Shown here: one piece after another, positions 8,259 to 16,993 of the stretch
How the letters are laid out: every line of letters begins with the position of its first letter
Position numbering within the stretch: position 1 is the stretch's first letter
From: an uncultured Clostridia bacterium
GTDB taxonomy: Bacteria; Bacillota; Clostridia; Christensenellales; Borkfalkiaceae
DNA: 52,221 bases
Assembly (NCBI GenBank): GCA_934271725.1
Contig: CAKQSC010000001.1
Span: forward strand, 1 to 52,221
Reading direction: 5' to 3'
The notes under the pieces: generated by a model
What the model saw: only the letters and a program-made list of their open reading frames with translations
Database searches by the model: none
Told to the model about the DNA's origin: nothing
Program-made: the position numbers and the translations under genes

Positions 8259-8287
8259 AGTATATGAGAGGTTTTTTCCCTTTATGA
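8259..8287 (-). promoter_or_regulatory. Candidate sigma-E-type sporulation promoter for spoIVA
   Basis: The minus strand reads TCATAAA (8281-8287), a 14-nt spacer, then CATATACT (8259-8266). The remembered B. subtilis sigma-E consensus is [T/G][A/C/T]ATAnn-14-CATACA[A/C/T]T. The -35 element overlaps the plsY stop codon. Confidence 0.4.
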
Positions 8288-9034
8288 TTGATTTTCTCCG
8301 CTTTTGTCCGCTTGCTTTTTCTCTTTGAGTTTGCGTATCATATTCTTTATGCTCGTAGGATGTTCTTCGCCCTGCAACATTCGCTTTATGTTTGCCCTGT
8401 GCGCAAACCAGGTCAAAAGACATATTCCTAATATAATCATAGAAACGGCTATGGTATACCCTATGTTTATATCGCTGTTGTAATACCTTACGTAATTTCT
8501 CACAAGCCCCCCTATCGCGGGCGGTGTGATCGCTATAAAGGAACCCATTGCGCCGAACTCCGTAAAATATATAAAGACTACCGCCATTAAAAGCGAGGCG
8601 ATTACAACAAGAAACCACATCCAACCGCAAACGCTTTCGGAAGCGAGAAACACGCCTATCGAACTCGCTATACCCTTGCCCCCTTTAAACTTGTACACGA
8701 CGGGGTAAATATGCCCCAGCACGACCATAAAACCGCAAACGTATTTGGAAAGTTCGGCATACTCGAAAGAACCCGCCATAACTTTCTTTTCGTAAAACAC
8801 GAAATAGCCGACGAGCGTCGGTATCGCCCCTTTAAGCACGTCTAAAAAAAGCGTTAAAAGTCCGATTTTCAAACCGAAGTTTCTCGCCATATTAAGCGTT
8901 CCCGGGTTTCCGCTACCCATTTCTTTTATGTTTTTGTGTTTGATTTTGGATATTATCATCGCGAAGTTAATATTCCCTATAAAATAGGAACATACGGCAA
9001 GCACCGCAAGTATTATCCATTGAACGGTCGTCAT
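8282..9034 (-). CDS. plsY: Glycerol-3-phosphate acyltransferase PlsY (acyl-phosphate dependent), with a C-terminal extension
   Basis: Multi-pass membrane protein with the GSGNPGTLN motif (PlsY G-S-G-N-x-G-x-x-N). Its ATG overlaps the der stop codon (ATGA). The basic tail of about 45 aa is longer than usual. Confidence 0.85.
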   Translation of the reverse strand: MTTVQWIILAVLAVCSYFIGNINFAMIISKIKHKNIKEMGSGNPGTLNMARNFGLKIGLLTLFLDVLKGAIPTLVGYFVFYEKKVMAGSFEYAELSKYVCGFMVVLGHIYPVVYKFKGGKGIASSIGVFLASESVCGWMWFLVVIASLLMAVVFIYFTEFGAMGSFIAITPPAIGGLVRNYVRYYNSDINIGYTIAVSMIILGICLLTWFAHRANIKRMLQGEEHPTSIKNMIRKLKEKKQADKSGENQS

Positions 9035-10347
9035 TTTTCGTCCTCTTCCCTCGTTCTTACTACCAACCTTATCGGCGTACCCGAAAAATCGAAAGTTTTC
9101 CTTATGCAGTTCTCCAAATATCTCTTATACGAAAAGTGCAACAAATTCGTATCGTTTACGAAAAACACGAACGTCGGCGGACAAACGCTTACCTCCGTCG
9201 AATAGAAAATCTTCAACCTCTTGCTCTGATACGTGGGCGGTTCGTTTAAAGCGACGCTTTCCGTAATAAGGTTATTGAGCGCGCCCGTCTGCACGCGCTT
9301 GTTAGCGTTATCGTAAGCGGATTTCGCAAGGGCGAGTATCTTGTTTACTCTTATGCCCTCTTTTACAGAAACGAAAACCGTTTTCACGTAATCCATAAAC
9401 TTTAAGTCCTCTAAAATATCTTTATTGAACTTGTTTACGGTGTTCGTATCTTTCTCTATCAGATCCCATTTGTTTACGACTACCACGCAAGGCTTGCCCT
9501 GCTCGTGAATATATCCGCAAATCTTGGTGTCCTGTTCGGTTATACCCTCTTTCGCGTCAACCATAGCGACGCACACGTCCGCGCGCCTTATAGCCGAAAG
9601 AGAACGCAAAACGCTGTAATATTCCACGTCCTCGTCTACCGCGCGTTTTTTTCTTATGCCAGCGGTGTCTATAAGCGTATAATTAACTCCGTCTACCGTA
9701 ACGGGCGTGTCGATTGCGTCTCTCGTAGTACCCGCAACGTTAGATACTATCGTCCGCTCGTACCCTAAAAGTTTGTTGCAAAGACTTGACTTGCCTACGT
9801 TGGGTTTACCTACCACGGCGACTTTTATATCCTCCGTTTCCTCTCCCTTACCCTCGGGGAAATTAGCGCACACTTCGTCGAGAAGGTCGCCTATGCCTTG
9901 TCCGAGTTCTCCCGAAACGGCAAAAGGTTCTCCCAACGCGAGTTCGTAAAAATCGAACACCTTATCGGGCGAATAGTTGTCTATTTTATTCACGGCGAGC
10001 ACAACGGGTTTTCTGCTTTTTCTCAACTTGTCCGCAACTTCGTAATCGTCTGCCCCGAGCCCCGTTTTATAGTCTACAACGAAAATTATCACGTCCGCCG
10101 TATCTATCGCTATTTCTACCTGCGTTTTTATGTGTTTCCACATAGTGTCCGCGCTTTTAAGTTCGAGTCCGCCCGTGTCTACAAGCGAAAAGGGTTTTCC
10201 GCACCATTCGGCGTCCGCGAATATTCTGTCCCGCGTAACGCCCGGCTTGTTTTCTACGATAGAAATCTTTCTGCCCGTTATTTTATTGAACAACGTCGAT
10301 TTGCCGACGTTCGGTCTGCCGACTATCGCGACTATGGGATTTGCCAT
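9031..10347 (-). CDS. der: Ribosome biogenesis GTPase Der (EngA)
   Basis: Two tandem GTPase domains (GRPNVGKST and GKPNVGKSS P-loops; DTGG and DTAG; NKxD x2) plus a KH-like C-terminus. Confidence 0.92.
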   Translation of the reverse strand: MANPIVAIVGRPNVGKSTLFNKITGRKISIVENKPGVTRDRIFADAEWCGKPFSLVDTGGLELKSADTMWKHIKTQVEIAIDTADVIIFVVDYKTGLGADDYEVADKLRKSRKPVVLAVNKIDNYSPDKVFDFYELALGEPFAVSGELGQGIGDLLDEVCANFPEGKGEETEDIKVAVVGKPNVGKSSLCNKLLGYERTIVSNVAGTTRDAIDTPVTVDGVNYTLIDTAGIRKKRAVDEDVEYYSVLRSLSAIRRADVCVAMVDAKEGITEQDTKICGYIHEQGKPCVVVVNKWDLIEKDTNTVNKFNKDILEDLKFMDYVKTVFVSVKEGIRVNKILALAKSAYDNANKRVQTGALNNLITESVALNEPPTYQSKRLKIFYSTEVSVCPPTFVFFVNDTNLLHFSYKRYLENCIRKTFDFSGTPIRLVVRTREEDEK

Positions 10348-10348
10348 A

Positions 10349-11260
10349 CTATATTTTTTCCTTTTCCAGTTTTCTTAATACTTCTTTGAAATAATCGGGT
10401 AATTCCGCCGTAAACTCCATAACCTTGCCCGTTCTCGGGTGGGTGAGTATAAGTTTTTCGGCGTGAAGAAGTTGACCGTTTAACTTAAACCTCTGATTTT
10501 TATACCCGTATTCCGAATCCCCTACGACGGGGTGCCCGATATATTTTGCATGCACCCTTATCTGATGCGTTCTGCCCGTTAAAAGGCTGAACTCGGTAAG
10601 AGTGTTGTTTTTATATCTTTGAAGAACTTTATAATCGGTTATAGCGACTCTTCCCGCGGAAGATACCGCCATAAGCGTTCTGTTCTTTTTATCTCTGTCT
10701 ATTTTTGTTTCTATTCTTCCGCCGTCCGACTTAACCACGCCCTCTAAAAGAGCGACGTAAATCCTTTTGCATTCCTTGCTTTCAATCTGTTTTGCGAGTT
10801 TAACGTGCGCTTCGTCGTTTTTTGCAACGACAAGAAGCCCCGACGTGTTTTTATCTATACGGTGAACTATGCCCGGTCTTAATTCTCCGTTTATTCCCGA
10901 CAGATTATCGAGTTTAAAAAGAAGTGCGTTGACCAAAGTTTCGTCCCCCGTACCCGCGCCGGCGTGCACGGTAAGCCCCTGCGGTTTGTTTATAACGGCG
11001 ATATCGTCGTCCTCGTAAACTATTTCAATCGGTATGTCTACGGGCTTTATATCCGCGCTTTTAACGGGAAGTTCGGCGTATTCCGCAATATCCCCCGCCT
11101 TTACTCTGTAATGAGAATTGATTTCTTTGCCGTTTATTTTAACGAGAGAAAGTTCTATCGCCTTTTGTACGTGCGAACGCGTTTTGCCCGTAACCGCGGA
11201 AAGAAACACGTCGGCGCGTTCCCCGTCGTAAAGAACGGAAACCGTATATTTTTCACTCAT
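10349..11260 (-). CDS. rluD: RluA-family 23S rRNA pseudouridine synthase (RluD-like)
   Basis: N-terminal S4 domain, catalytic motif HRIDKNTSGLL, and GRTHQIRVH. It sits at the syntenic position downstream of lspA. Confidence 0.85.
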   Translation of the reverse strand: MSEKYTVSVLYDGERADVFLSAVTGKTRSHVQKAIELSLVKINGKEINSHYRVKAGDIAEYAELPVKSADIKPVDIPIEIVYEDDDIAVINKPQGLTVHAGAGTGDETLVNALLFKLDNLSGINGELRPGIVHRIDKNTSGLLVVAKNDEAHVKLAKQIESKECKRIYVALLEGVVKSDGGRIETKIDRDKKNRTLMAVSSAGRVAITDYKVLQRYKNNTLTEFSLLTGRTHQIRVHAKYIGHPVVGDSEYGYKNQRFKLNGQLLHAEKLILTHPRTGKVMEFTAELPDYFKEVLRKLEKEKI

Positions 11261-11840
11261 TTTCGTTATCGTAATATTTTTCTTTTATTTTTGCTTTAAG
11301 TTTTTCTTTGCTTGCCTTGGTTCTGAAAAGCGCGTCTTCGTCGAGAAACAAAAAATGCAGAATCACCAACGCTACGCCGACGCACAAACAAACGTCCGCG
11401 ATATTGAATATTCCGAAAACGTCTTTACTGCCGAAAGATATTCTGAACATATCTACGACTTTTCTCATAGCGACTCTGTCTATAAAATTGCCGACCGTTC
11501 CCGAAATCATCAGCGCGACGCCGTATTTCGCAACGTATTTATACGGTTTTATTATGTAGAAAAAAGCGAAGAACAGCACGAGAGCGACGGAAGTAAGCGC
11601 AATGAAAAAATCCTGCGCCCACGCTTTGCCGTTAAACATTCCGTAAGCCGCGCCCGAGTTATACGTAGGCGTTATCGCGAAAAAACCTTTTATGACCGTA
11701 TAGTTGCCCGCCATTCCGTATTTTACCCTGACGACCGTCTTGACAACCTGATCTATAACGACGAAAAGTATCGCGACAACCATAGGAAGCAATATCGAAA
11801 ACAAAATATTGACTTTTAATTTATTCCCAGTTCTTTGCAT
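11253..11840 (-). CDS. lspA: Lipoprotein signal peptidase II
   Basis: Four-TM protein with NSGAAYG and FNIAD motifs. ATG start with a GGAGG RBS. Confidence 0.85.
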   Translation of the reverse strand: MQRTGNKLKVNILFSILLPMVVAILFVVIDQVVKTVVRVKYGMAGNYTVIKGFFAITPTYNSGAAYGMFNGKAWAQDFFIALTSVALVLFFAFFYIIKPYKYVAKYGVALMISGTVGNFIDRVAMRKVVDMFRISFGSKDVFGIFNIADVCLCVGVALVILHFLFLDEDALFRTKASKEKLKAKIKEKYYDNENE

Positions 11841-12406
11841 AAGTCCTCCAAGTCGAGTTCGCTTTCGTCGGGATATAACACCTTATTCATATCGAATCCG
11901 CTTTCGCTTTGTATGTAATCGTTTATCTTCGCTTTCGGATCGAAAGAAAGATCGGTAGACGCCGTTTCGTTTTCTATTTCCGAATAAATGTCGTCAATCT
12001 CCGCCTTGTTGCTCCTCGTTCTTCCGAACAGCCTTGCGAGTTTTTCTTTGATTTTTTTAACCTTTTCCGTTACGCGATAGTTGGGGTACGTTTCCGAAAG
12101 ATAATTGAAATACGACTGCCATTTTAAATAAAACAGTTTAAGTCTTTGCACTTCGCAATCGTACAGTTCGGAAAGTTTAACCGTATATTCGTCCGCCTGC
12201 TTTTTAGCCGTCGAAAGAGCGCGGATAACGTCCTCTTGCTTTTCTTTGTACTTCGCGTTCTCTTTTTTAAGCCTTTCGTTCTCGCGAATAATATCGTCGA
12301 GTTCGGCTTTCAATTCCTCCGCCCGCGCCCTTAACGGAGCGGATTCCTTTTCCACGATTTCCGCTATTTCTTTATCGGTATATTTTCTTTTCTTATCCGA
12401 TTTCAA
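11816..12406 (-). CDS. Coiled-coil protein, possibly DivIVA-related
   Basis: TTG start 8 nt after an AGGAG RBS. Strongly heptad-like, K/E-rich N-terminal half. It sits at the position upstream of lspA where divIVA lies in Bacillus-type synteny. Sequence similarity to DivIVA is not obvious by eye. Confidence 0.3.
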   Translation of the reverse strand: MKSDKKRKYTDKEIAEIVEKESAPLRARAEELKAELDDIIRENERLKKENAKYKEKQEDVIRALSTAKKQADEYTVKLSELYDCEVQRLKLFYLKWQSYFNYLSETYPNYRVTEKVKKIKEKLARLFGRTRSNKAEIDDIYSEIENETASTDLSFDPKAKINDYIQSESGFDMNKVLYPDESELDLEDLCKELGIN

Positions 12407-12407
12407 A

Positions 12408-13835
12408 TTACTTACTCCTGATTTCTTCCAACATACTCGTCTTTAACTCGTAAAGCCCGTCGGATAAGTCTACTTTATACAAGTGCGGTTGGTCTATTCT
12501 TTTATATTCGTCCCAAAAAGAATCTAACTCTTTCCGGGCATATTCCTTTATGTCTTTGAGTTTGGGAAGATCGTAAACGAGTTTTCCCTCTTTAATTACC
12601 GTTACGGGCAATTCTCTCAAAGTATACTTTTCTATAACCATACTCTTCCACCGTTCCGTCGGGTGGGTAAGTTTAAGGGGTTTGGTCGTATCTATTTTCT
12701 CTCCCCGTAGCGCAATGAGGTCGGCAACGGCTTTGCCGTTTTCGTCGTATACTCTGTAAAAAGTCTTGAATCCGGGGTTGGTTATTTTGGCAGAGTTGTC
12801 GCTCACCTTGATTTTCGGAATCACTTTGCCGTCTTCTATTTTTGCCGAAAGTTTGTACACTCCGCCGAGCGCGGGCATATCCTCGCTCGTTATGAGTTTC
12901 GTTCCGACACCCCACGAATCTATTTTAGCCCCCTGACTTTTCAAAGACGCTATCGACTTTTCGTCCAGATCTCCGCTTGCGCAAATCTTCGCGTTCGGAT
13001 AACCCGCGTCGTCAAGCATTTTTCTTGCCTTTTTGGTTAAATAAGCAAGGTCGCCCGAATCTATTCTTATGCCTTTCGGCTCGTAACCTTTGGCTCTCAT
13101 TTCGTCAAACACCTTTATGGCGTCAGGTATGCCTTGCTTTAACGTGTCGTACGTGTCGACGAGAAGAAGAACGTTGTCGGGGTAAACTTCCGCATACGCT
13201 CTGAAAGCGTCCGTTTCGCTTTTGAAGTTCATAACCCAACTGTGCGCGTGCGTACCCGAAACGGGAATATCGAACATTTTGCCCGCAAGCACGTTAGACG
13301 TCGAGTCGCAACCGCCTATAACGGAAGCCCTTGCGCCGTAAATACCCGCATCCGGTCCCTGCGCTCTGCGTAGTCCGAACTCCATTACCAAATCGTTTTT
13401 CGCGCTGTATCTGACTTTCGCCGCTTTGCTCGCAATAAGCGTCTGATGATTTATTATGTTAAGAAGCGCGGTTTCTACGAGTTGCGCCTGCATAACGGGC
13501 GCTTTCACCGTAAGAATAGGCTCGCCCGGGAAAACGACCGTTCCTTCCGGCACGGTGTATATATCTCCCGTAAACTTCAAGTTTTTAAGTTCGTTAAGAA
13601 ACCCTTCGCCGAATATGCCGAGAGATTTCAGATACGCTATCTCTTCTTCGCCGAAGTTAAGATTGAGAATATAATTTACAGCCTGTTCGAGTCCGCATGC
13701 GACGGAATAGGTTATAGTGCCGTTCTGACGGAAAAACAAATCGAACACGGCGACCTCGTTATGTCTGCCCTGTCTGTAATATCCGTCCATCATCGTAAGT
13801 TCGTATAAATCCGTAAGTAACGTTAAATTAGTCAT
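12408..13835 (-). CDS. pncB: Nicotinate phosphoribosyltransferase
   Basis: 475 aa. The N-terminus LLTDLYELTMMDGYY and the GTHAHSWV motif are typical of PncB. Confidence 0.88.
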   Translation of the reverse strand: MTNLTLLTDLYELTMMDGYYRQGRHNEVAVFDLFFRQNGTITYSVACGLEQAVNYILNLNFGEEEIAYLKSLGIFGEGFLNELKNLKFTGDIYTVPEGTVVFPGEPILTVKAPVMQAQLVETALLNIINHQTLIASKAAKVRYSAKNDLVMEFGLRRAQGPDAGIYGARASVIGGCDSTSNVLAGKMFDIPVSGTHAHSWVMNFKSETDAFRAYAEVYPDNVLLLVDTYDTLKQGIPDAIKVFDEMRAKGYEPKGIRIDSGDLAYLTKKARKMLDDAGYPNAKICASGDLDEKSIASLKSQGAKIDSWGVGTKLITSEDMPALGGVYKLSAKIEDGKVIPKIKVSDNSAKITNPGFKTFYRVYDENGKAVADLIALRGEKIDTTKPLKLTHPTERWKSMVIEKYTLRELPVTVIKEGKLVYDLPKLKDIKEYARKELDSFWDEYKRIDQPHLYKVDLSDGLYELKTSMLEEIRSK

Positions 13836-13878
13836 AATTTCTCCCGCTATCCTTTGATTTTAAAGAATAATCGTATTC

Positions 13879-13907
13879 ATTATATCATATCTTCCGTTTT
13901 TTTTAAA
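13879..13907 (-). promoter_or_regulatory. Candidate extended -10 promoter for pncB
   Basis: The minus strand reads TTTAAA (13902-13907), a 17-nt spacer, then TATAAT (13879-13884), preceded by TGA (TGnTATAAT). Confidence 0.4.
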
Positions 13908-13926
13908 GTCTTTTTACGCTTTTAAG

Positions 13927-13957
13927 AAAAAAAACGACTTACTCCGCCGTAAGTCGT
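13927..13957 (-). terminator. Rho-independent terminator of mazF
   Basis: Stem ACGACTTAC (13934-13942) / GTAAGTCGT (13949-13957), followed by a run of U residues on the minus strand (A-run 13927-13934 on the plus strand, whose last A also pairs in the stem). The mazF stop codon lies inside the 3' arm. Confidence 0.75.
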
Positions 13958-14316
13958 CTTGCATTTTGTTTTTCGCCGAATCCCAAACTTATCAAAAGAG
14001 CGTCATTCACCCTGTTCATCATAAAATCGGGCAGTTCGCCTATGCGTTCTTTAAGTCTCTTTTTGTCGAGCGTTCTTATCTGTTCGAGAAGTATAACGCT
14101 GTCTTTGTTAAGCCCGTATTCGAGCGCGCCGAGTTCTATGTGAGTGGGCAGTTTCGCCTTGTTTATTCTGCTCGTAACCGCCGCCGCTATTATCGTAGGG
14201 CTGTATTTGTTGCCTACGTCGTTCTGCACGATAAGCACGGGACGCACTCCCCCTTGTTCGCTACCGACGACGGGACTCAAATCGGCGTAATACAATTCTC
14301 CTCTTTTAACGTTCAT
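13939..14316 (-). CDS. mazF: MazF/EndoA (PemK family) mRNA interferase toxin
   Basis: Closely matches the B. subtilis EndoA pattern: [30 protein letters not shown]...LPTHIEL...[17 protein letters not shown]. Arg25 and Thr48 are conserved. RBS is GAAGGTGA. Confidence 0.9.
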   Translation of the reverse strand: MNVKRGELYYADLSPVVGSEQGGVRPVLIVQNDVGNKYSPTIIAAAVTSRINKAKLPTHIELGALEYGLNKDSVILLEQIRTLDKKRLKERIGELPDFMMNRVNDALLISLGFGEKQNARRLTAE

Positions 14317-14451
14317 AAAATCACCTTCGTAAAACGACGCTTCAACGCAAAGGAATATATTCCGTAAAATATACCCCTTATTGTATGTTATGTAATTTAT
14401 CGTCGTTTTGATATGATTATACCCGAACGTAAAATATTTATACCTTTTCCG

Positions 14452-15183
14452 TCAAAGAGTTATTCCGCCGTCCACGGCAAGAACCTGCCCCGTAACGAAA
14501 GAACTTTCCTCTCCCAACAAAAACGCAACGGCGTTCGCCACGTCTTCCGGCGTACCCAACCTCATAAGAGGCGTTTCCTCCGTAAGGGCTTCGAGCGTTT
14601 CTTTGCCGAGTTTTTCGTTCATTTTAGTGTCTATCACCCCCGGCGCGACGCAGTTTACTCTTATACCGCTCGGGGCGAGTTCTTTCGCAAGCGCTTTGGT
14701 GAAAGTTATAACCCCGCCTTTCGTCATCGAATAAGCCGTTTCGCAGGACGCGCCGACTATGCCCCACATAGAAGAAACCGTAACGATATTACCCCGTTTG
14801 CGGTTTATCATAGGCATAGCGAACTCTTTCGCCGTAAAATATACCCCTTTGAGATTCACCCCGACGAGTTCGTCGAAATCTTCTTCCGTAGTGTCGTTTA
14901 TCTGTTTTATAACGCTTTTGCCCGCGTTTAAAACGACGCAGTCGATAAACCCGAATGCTTTTTCACATTCGGAAAACATTCTTTTTATATCGCCCGTATC
15001 TTTCAAATCCGCACGCACGGTTATATGTTTTACGCCGTATGCGGAAACGTTTTTTTCGAGTTCTTTTATTTTCTCTTCGTTTTCGTTGTAGTGAAGAGCG
15101 AGATTATAACCGAGCCCCGCAAGTTTTTCGGCAATGCCGAAGCCTATGCCTCCGCTCGCGCCCGTTATCAGACAATTTTTCAT
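14452..15183 (-). CDS. Short-chain dehydrogenase/reductase (FabG-like; possibly a YmfI-type EF-P 5-aminopentanone reductase)
   Basis: TGASGGIG cofactor motif, catalytic S...YSMTK, and a pattern LALHYN...SSMWGIVGASCETAYSMTKGG...ELAPSGIRVNCVAPG that I recall from YmfI-like SDRs. It lies directly downstream of efp. Confidence 0.7.
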   Translation of the reverse strand: MKNCLITGASGGIGFGIAEKLAGLGYNLALHYNENEEKIKELEKNVSAYGVKHITVRADLKDTGDIKRMFSECEKAFGFIDCVVLNAGKSVIKQINDTTEEDFDELVGVNLKGVYFTAKEFAMPMINRKRGNIVTVSSMWGIVGASCETAYSMTKGGVITFTKALAKELAPSGIRVNCVAPGVIDTKMNEKLGKETLEALTEETPLMRLGTPEDVANAVAFLLGEESSFVTGQVLAVDGGITL

Positions 15184-15192
15184 AAAAATCCT

Positions 15193-15225
15193 TTAAAAGA
15201 AACGGGCTTGATTTTTTAAGCCCGT
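15193..15225 (-). terminator. Rho-independent terminator after efp
   Basis: Stem ACGGGCTT (15202-15209) / AAGCCCGT (15218-15225), followed by TTCTTTT on the minus strand. Confidence 0.65.
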
Positions 15226-15234
15226 AATAAGATT

Positions 15235-15795
15235 TTACTCTTTAACTCTTTCCATATATTCGCCCGTTCTCGTGTCGATTCTTATAAGATCGCCTTCGTT
15301 TACGAACATGGGAACCTGAATCTTCGTGCCGGTTTCGAGAACCGCGTCTTTCAATGCGTTGGTAGCGGTGTTGCCCTTAACGGAAGGATCCGATTCGGTA
15401 ATTCTCAAAACGACGAAGTTCTGACATTCTACGCTGAAAGCCTTGCCCTTAAAGAACTTAACGACTACGGGGTCGTTTTCCTTTATCCAACGAAGAGCGT
15501 CCGCAACCTGTTCGTAGTTAAGCGGAGTCATTTCGTAAGCGTCGTCCATGAAATAATAAAGTTCGCCGTCGTTGTAAGAATACGTCATATTCTTCGTTTC
15601 GATTACCGCAAGGGTAAGTTTTTCCGACGGGTTGAAAGTTATTTCGAGAACCGCGCCCGTAACGATGTTTTTAAGTCTTGTTCTTACGAAAGCCGCGCCT
15701 TTGCCCGGTTTTACGTGCTGGAAGTCTACGCATACGAATATACCGTTGGGGAGTTCTATCGTAACACCTTTTCTGATATCACCTGCTAAAATCAT
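15235..15795 (-). CDS. efp: Translation elongation factor P
   Basis: 186 aa. The motif [21 protein letters not shown] contains the conserved modified Lys32 loop. Confidence 0.95.
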   Translation of the reverse strand: MILAGDIRKGVTIELPNGIFVCVDFQHVKPGKGAAFVRTRLKNIVTGAVLEITFNPSEKLTLAVIETKNMTYSYNDGELYYFMDDAYEMTPLNYEQVADALRWIKENDPVVVKFFKGKAFSVECQNFVVLRITESDPSVKGNTATNALKDAVLETGTKIQVPMFVNEGDLIRIDTRTGEYMERVKE

Positions 15796-15829
15796 AAATG
15801 TTTCTCCTTGGATTTTTTCTTTTATATGA

Positions 15830-16882
15830 TTATTTTTTTATATCGATTTTCATCAAAGACTTGTCGTCCGTCATAAACCTTTCTACCTTGCCGTCTATCA
15901 GCGCGACCGTGTCTTCTATTCTTATTCCGTACGCCCCGTCGAGATACACGCCGGGTTCTATCGAGAACACCATATTGTTTTTAAGCACGTTATCCGCCTT
16001 TACGGATAACCTGGGATATTCGTGAATGTTTACCCCGATGCCGTGCCCCAAACTGTGCGTAAAGTAGGTTGCAAGCCCCGCTTTGCCTAAAACGTCTCTC
16101 GCAAAAGCGTCCGCCGTCCTGCCCGTCATTCCTTCTTTTATATTCTCTTCCGCCGTTTTTGCGGAAAGAAGAACGGCGTTATAGTCTTTTACAAACCCTT
16201 CCGACGGCTCGCCGTAAATAAACGTTCTCGTCATATCCGAGCAATACCCTTTGTACAGACACCCGAAATCCATTAAAACGACGTCGTTTTCTTTAAGTTT
16301 CGTATCGTCCGTTTCGTGATGAGGAACCGCCGAATTCGCGCCGAAAGCGATAATCAAATCGAAACTCACGTCCTCCGCGCCTTTCTTTTTCATTATATAC
16401 TCGAATTCGTTGGCGACCTCTTTTTCGGTTATGCCCGTACGAAGAAGTTTTATAACCTCGTAAAAAGATTCCTCGGCGATTTTGCAACTTTCTTTTATTA
16501 TTTTCAACTCTTCGGGAGTCTTTATCGCCATAACGGAACAAAGTTCGCCCGAAATATCGAACACTTCAAGCCCCGTCGATTTAAAATCTTTTTCGTCGGA
16601 AACGAAAGTTACCGTATAATCGATTCCTATCTTTTTAAACCCGTTGTCCGCTATATACTTTTTGACGGGCTCGAAAGAATTCGCTTCTTCTACCTTTACG
16701 TTACTGCCTTTAAGCCTTGCCTTTACGGCGGAAAGATAACGCAAGTCGGTATAATATACGTTTTCTTTTTCCGTTATTACGAGATAGCCGAAACTCGACT
16801 TGAATCCCGTGAAATAAAACCTCTGTTTTTCGTCCGCGATTATATATACCGAATCGCCGTCCGGTTTAATGCCTTTTAACAT
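15830..16882 (-). CDS. pepP: Xaa-Pro aminopeptidase (M24B family, PepP/PapA-like)
   Basis: M24 metal ligands and motifs are present ([36 protein letters not shown]). I prefer the ATG at 16882 (RBS GAGGAA) because the longer start at 16909 would lie about 10 nt from the predicted TSS with no RBS. The pepP-efp pairing is conserved in Firmicutes. Confidence 0.85.
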   Translation of the reverse strand: MLKGIKPDGDSVYIIADEKQRFYFTGFKSSFGYLVITEKENVYYTDLRYLSAVKARLKGSNVKVEEANSFEPVKKYIADNGFKKIGIDYTVTFVSDEKDFKSTGLEVFDISGELCSVMAIKTPEELKIIKESCKIAEESFYEVIKLLRTGITEKEVANEFEYIMKKKGAEDVSFDLIIAFGANSAVPHHETDDTKLKENDVVLMDFGCLYKGYCSDMTRTFIYGEPSEGFVKDYNAVLLSAKTAEENIKEGMTGRTADAFARDVLGKAGLATYFTHSLGHGIGVNIHEYPRLSVKADNVLKNNMVFSIEPGVYLDGAYGIRIEDTVALIDGKVERFMTDDKSLMKIDIKK

Positions 16883-16925
16883 TTTCTTTCTATTCCTCGC
16901 CCAACGCAAGCATTTTAACTCGTTT

Positions 16926-16955
16926 ATTATACCATACGTAACGGTATATTGTCAA
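16926..16955 (-). promoter_or_regulatory. Consensus sigma-A promoter for pepP-efp
   Basis: The minus strand reads TTGACA (16950-16955), an 18-nt spacer, then TATAAT (16926-16931) with the extended TGG (TGnTATAAT). Confidence 0.65.
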
Positions 16956-16993
16956 ACGCGTACGATAATTTGTTTCGCCGCCGCGTAAGGAAA

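Noticed and set aside
8228-8281. Intrinsic terminator between plsY and spoIVA (AACCTC...GAGGTT followed by a T-run)
   Set aside because: The stem is only 6 bp with a loop of about 24 nt, which is too weak to call. The region is better explained as the spoIVA promoter and RBS.
8205-8630. 141-aa minus-strand ORF in an alternative frame of plsY
   Set aside because: It is out of frame within the well-supported PlsY coding sequence, and its R/Y/K-rich composition is typical of off-frame translation.
14317-14451. Possible very small antitoxin ORF upstream of mazF
   Set aside because: There is no ATG on the coding strand in this interval, and stop codons occur in all three frames. Only an RNA-type antitoxin could be encoded here, and the sequence alone cannot support that.
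16883-16909. Longer start for pepP (MRWARNRKK...)
   Set aside because: The consensus promoter at 16926-16955 would place the TSS about 10 nt from this ATG with no RBS. The ATG at 16882 is preceded by GAGGAA.
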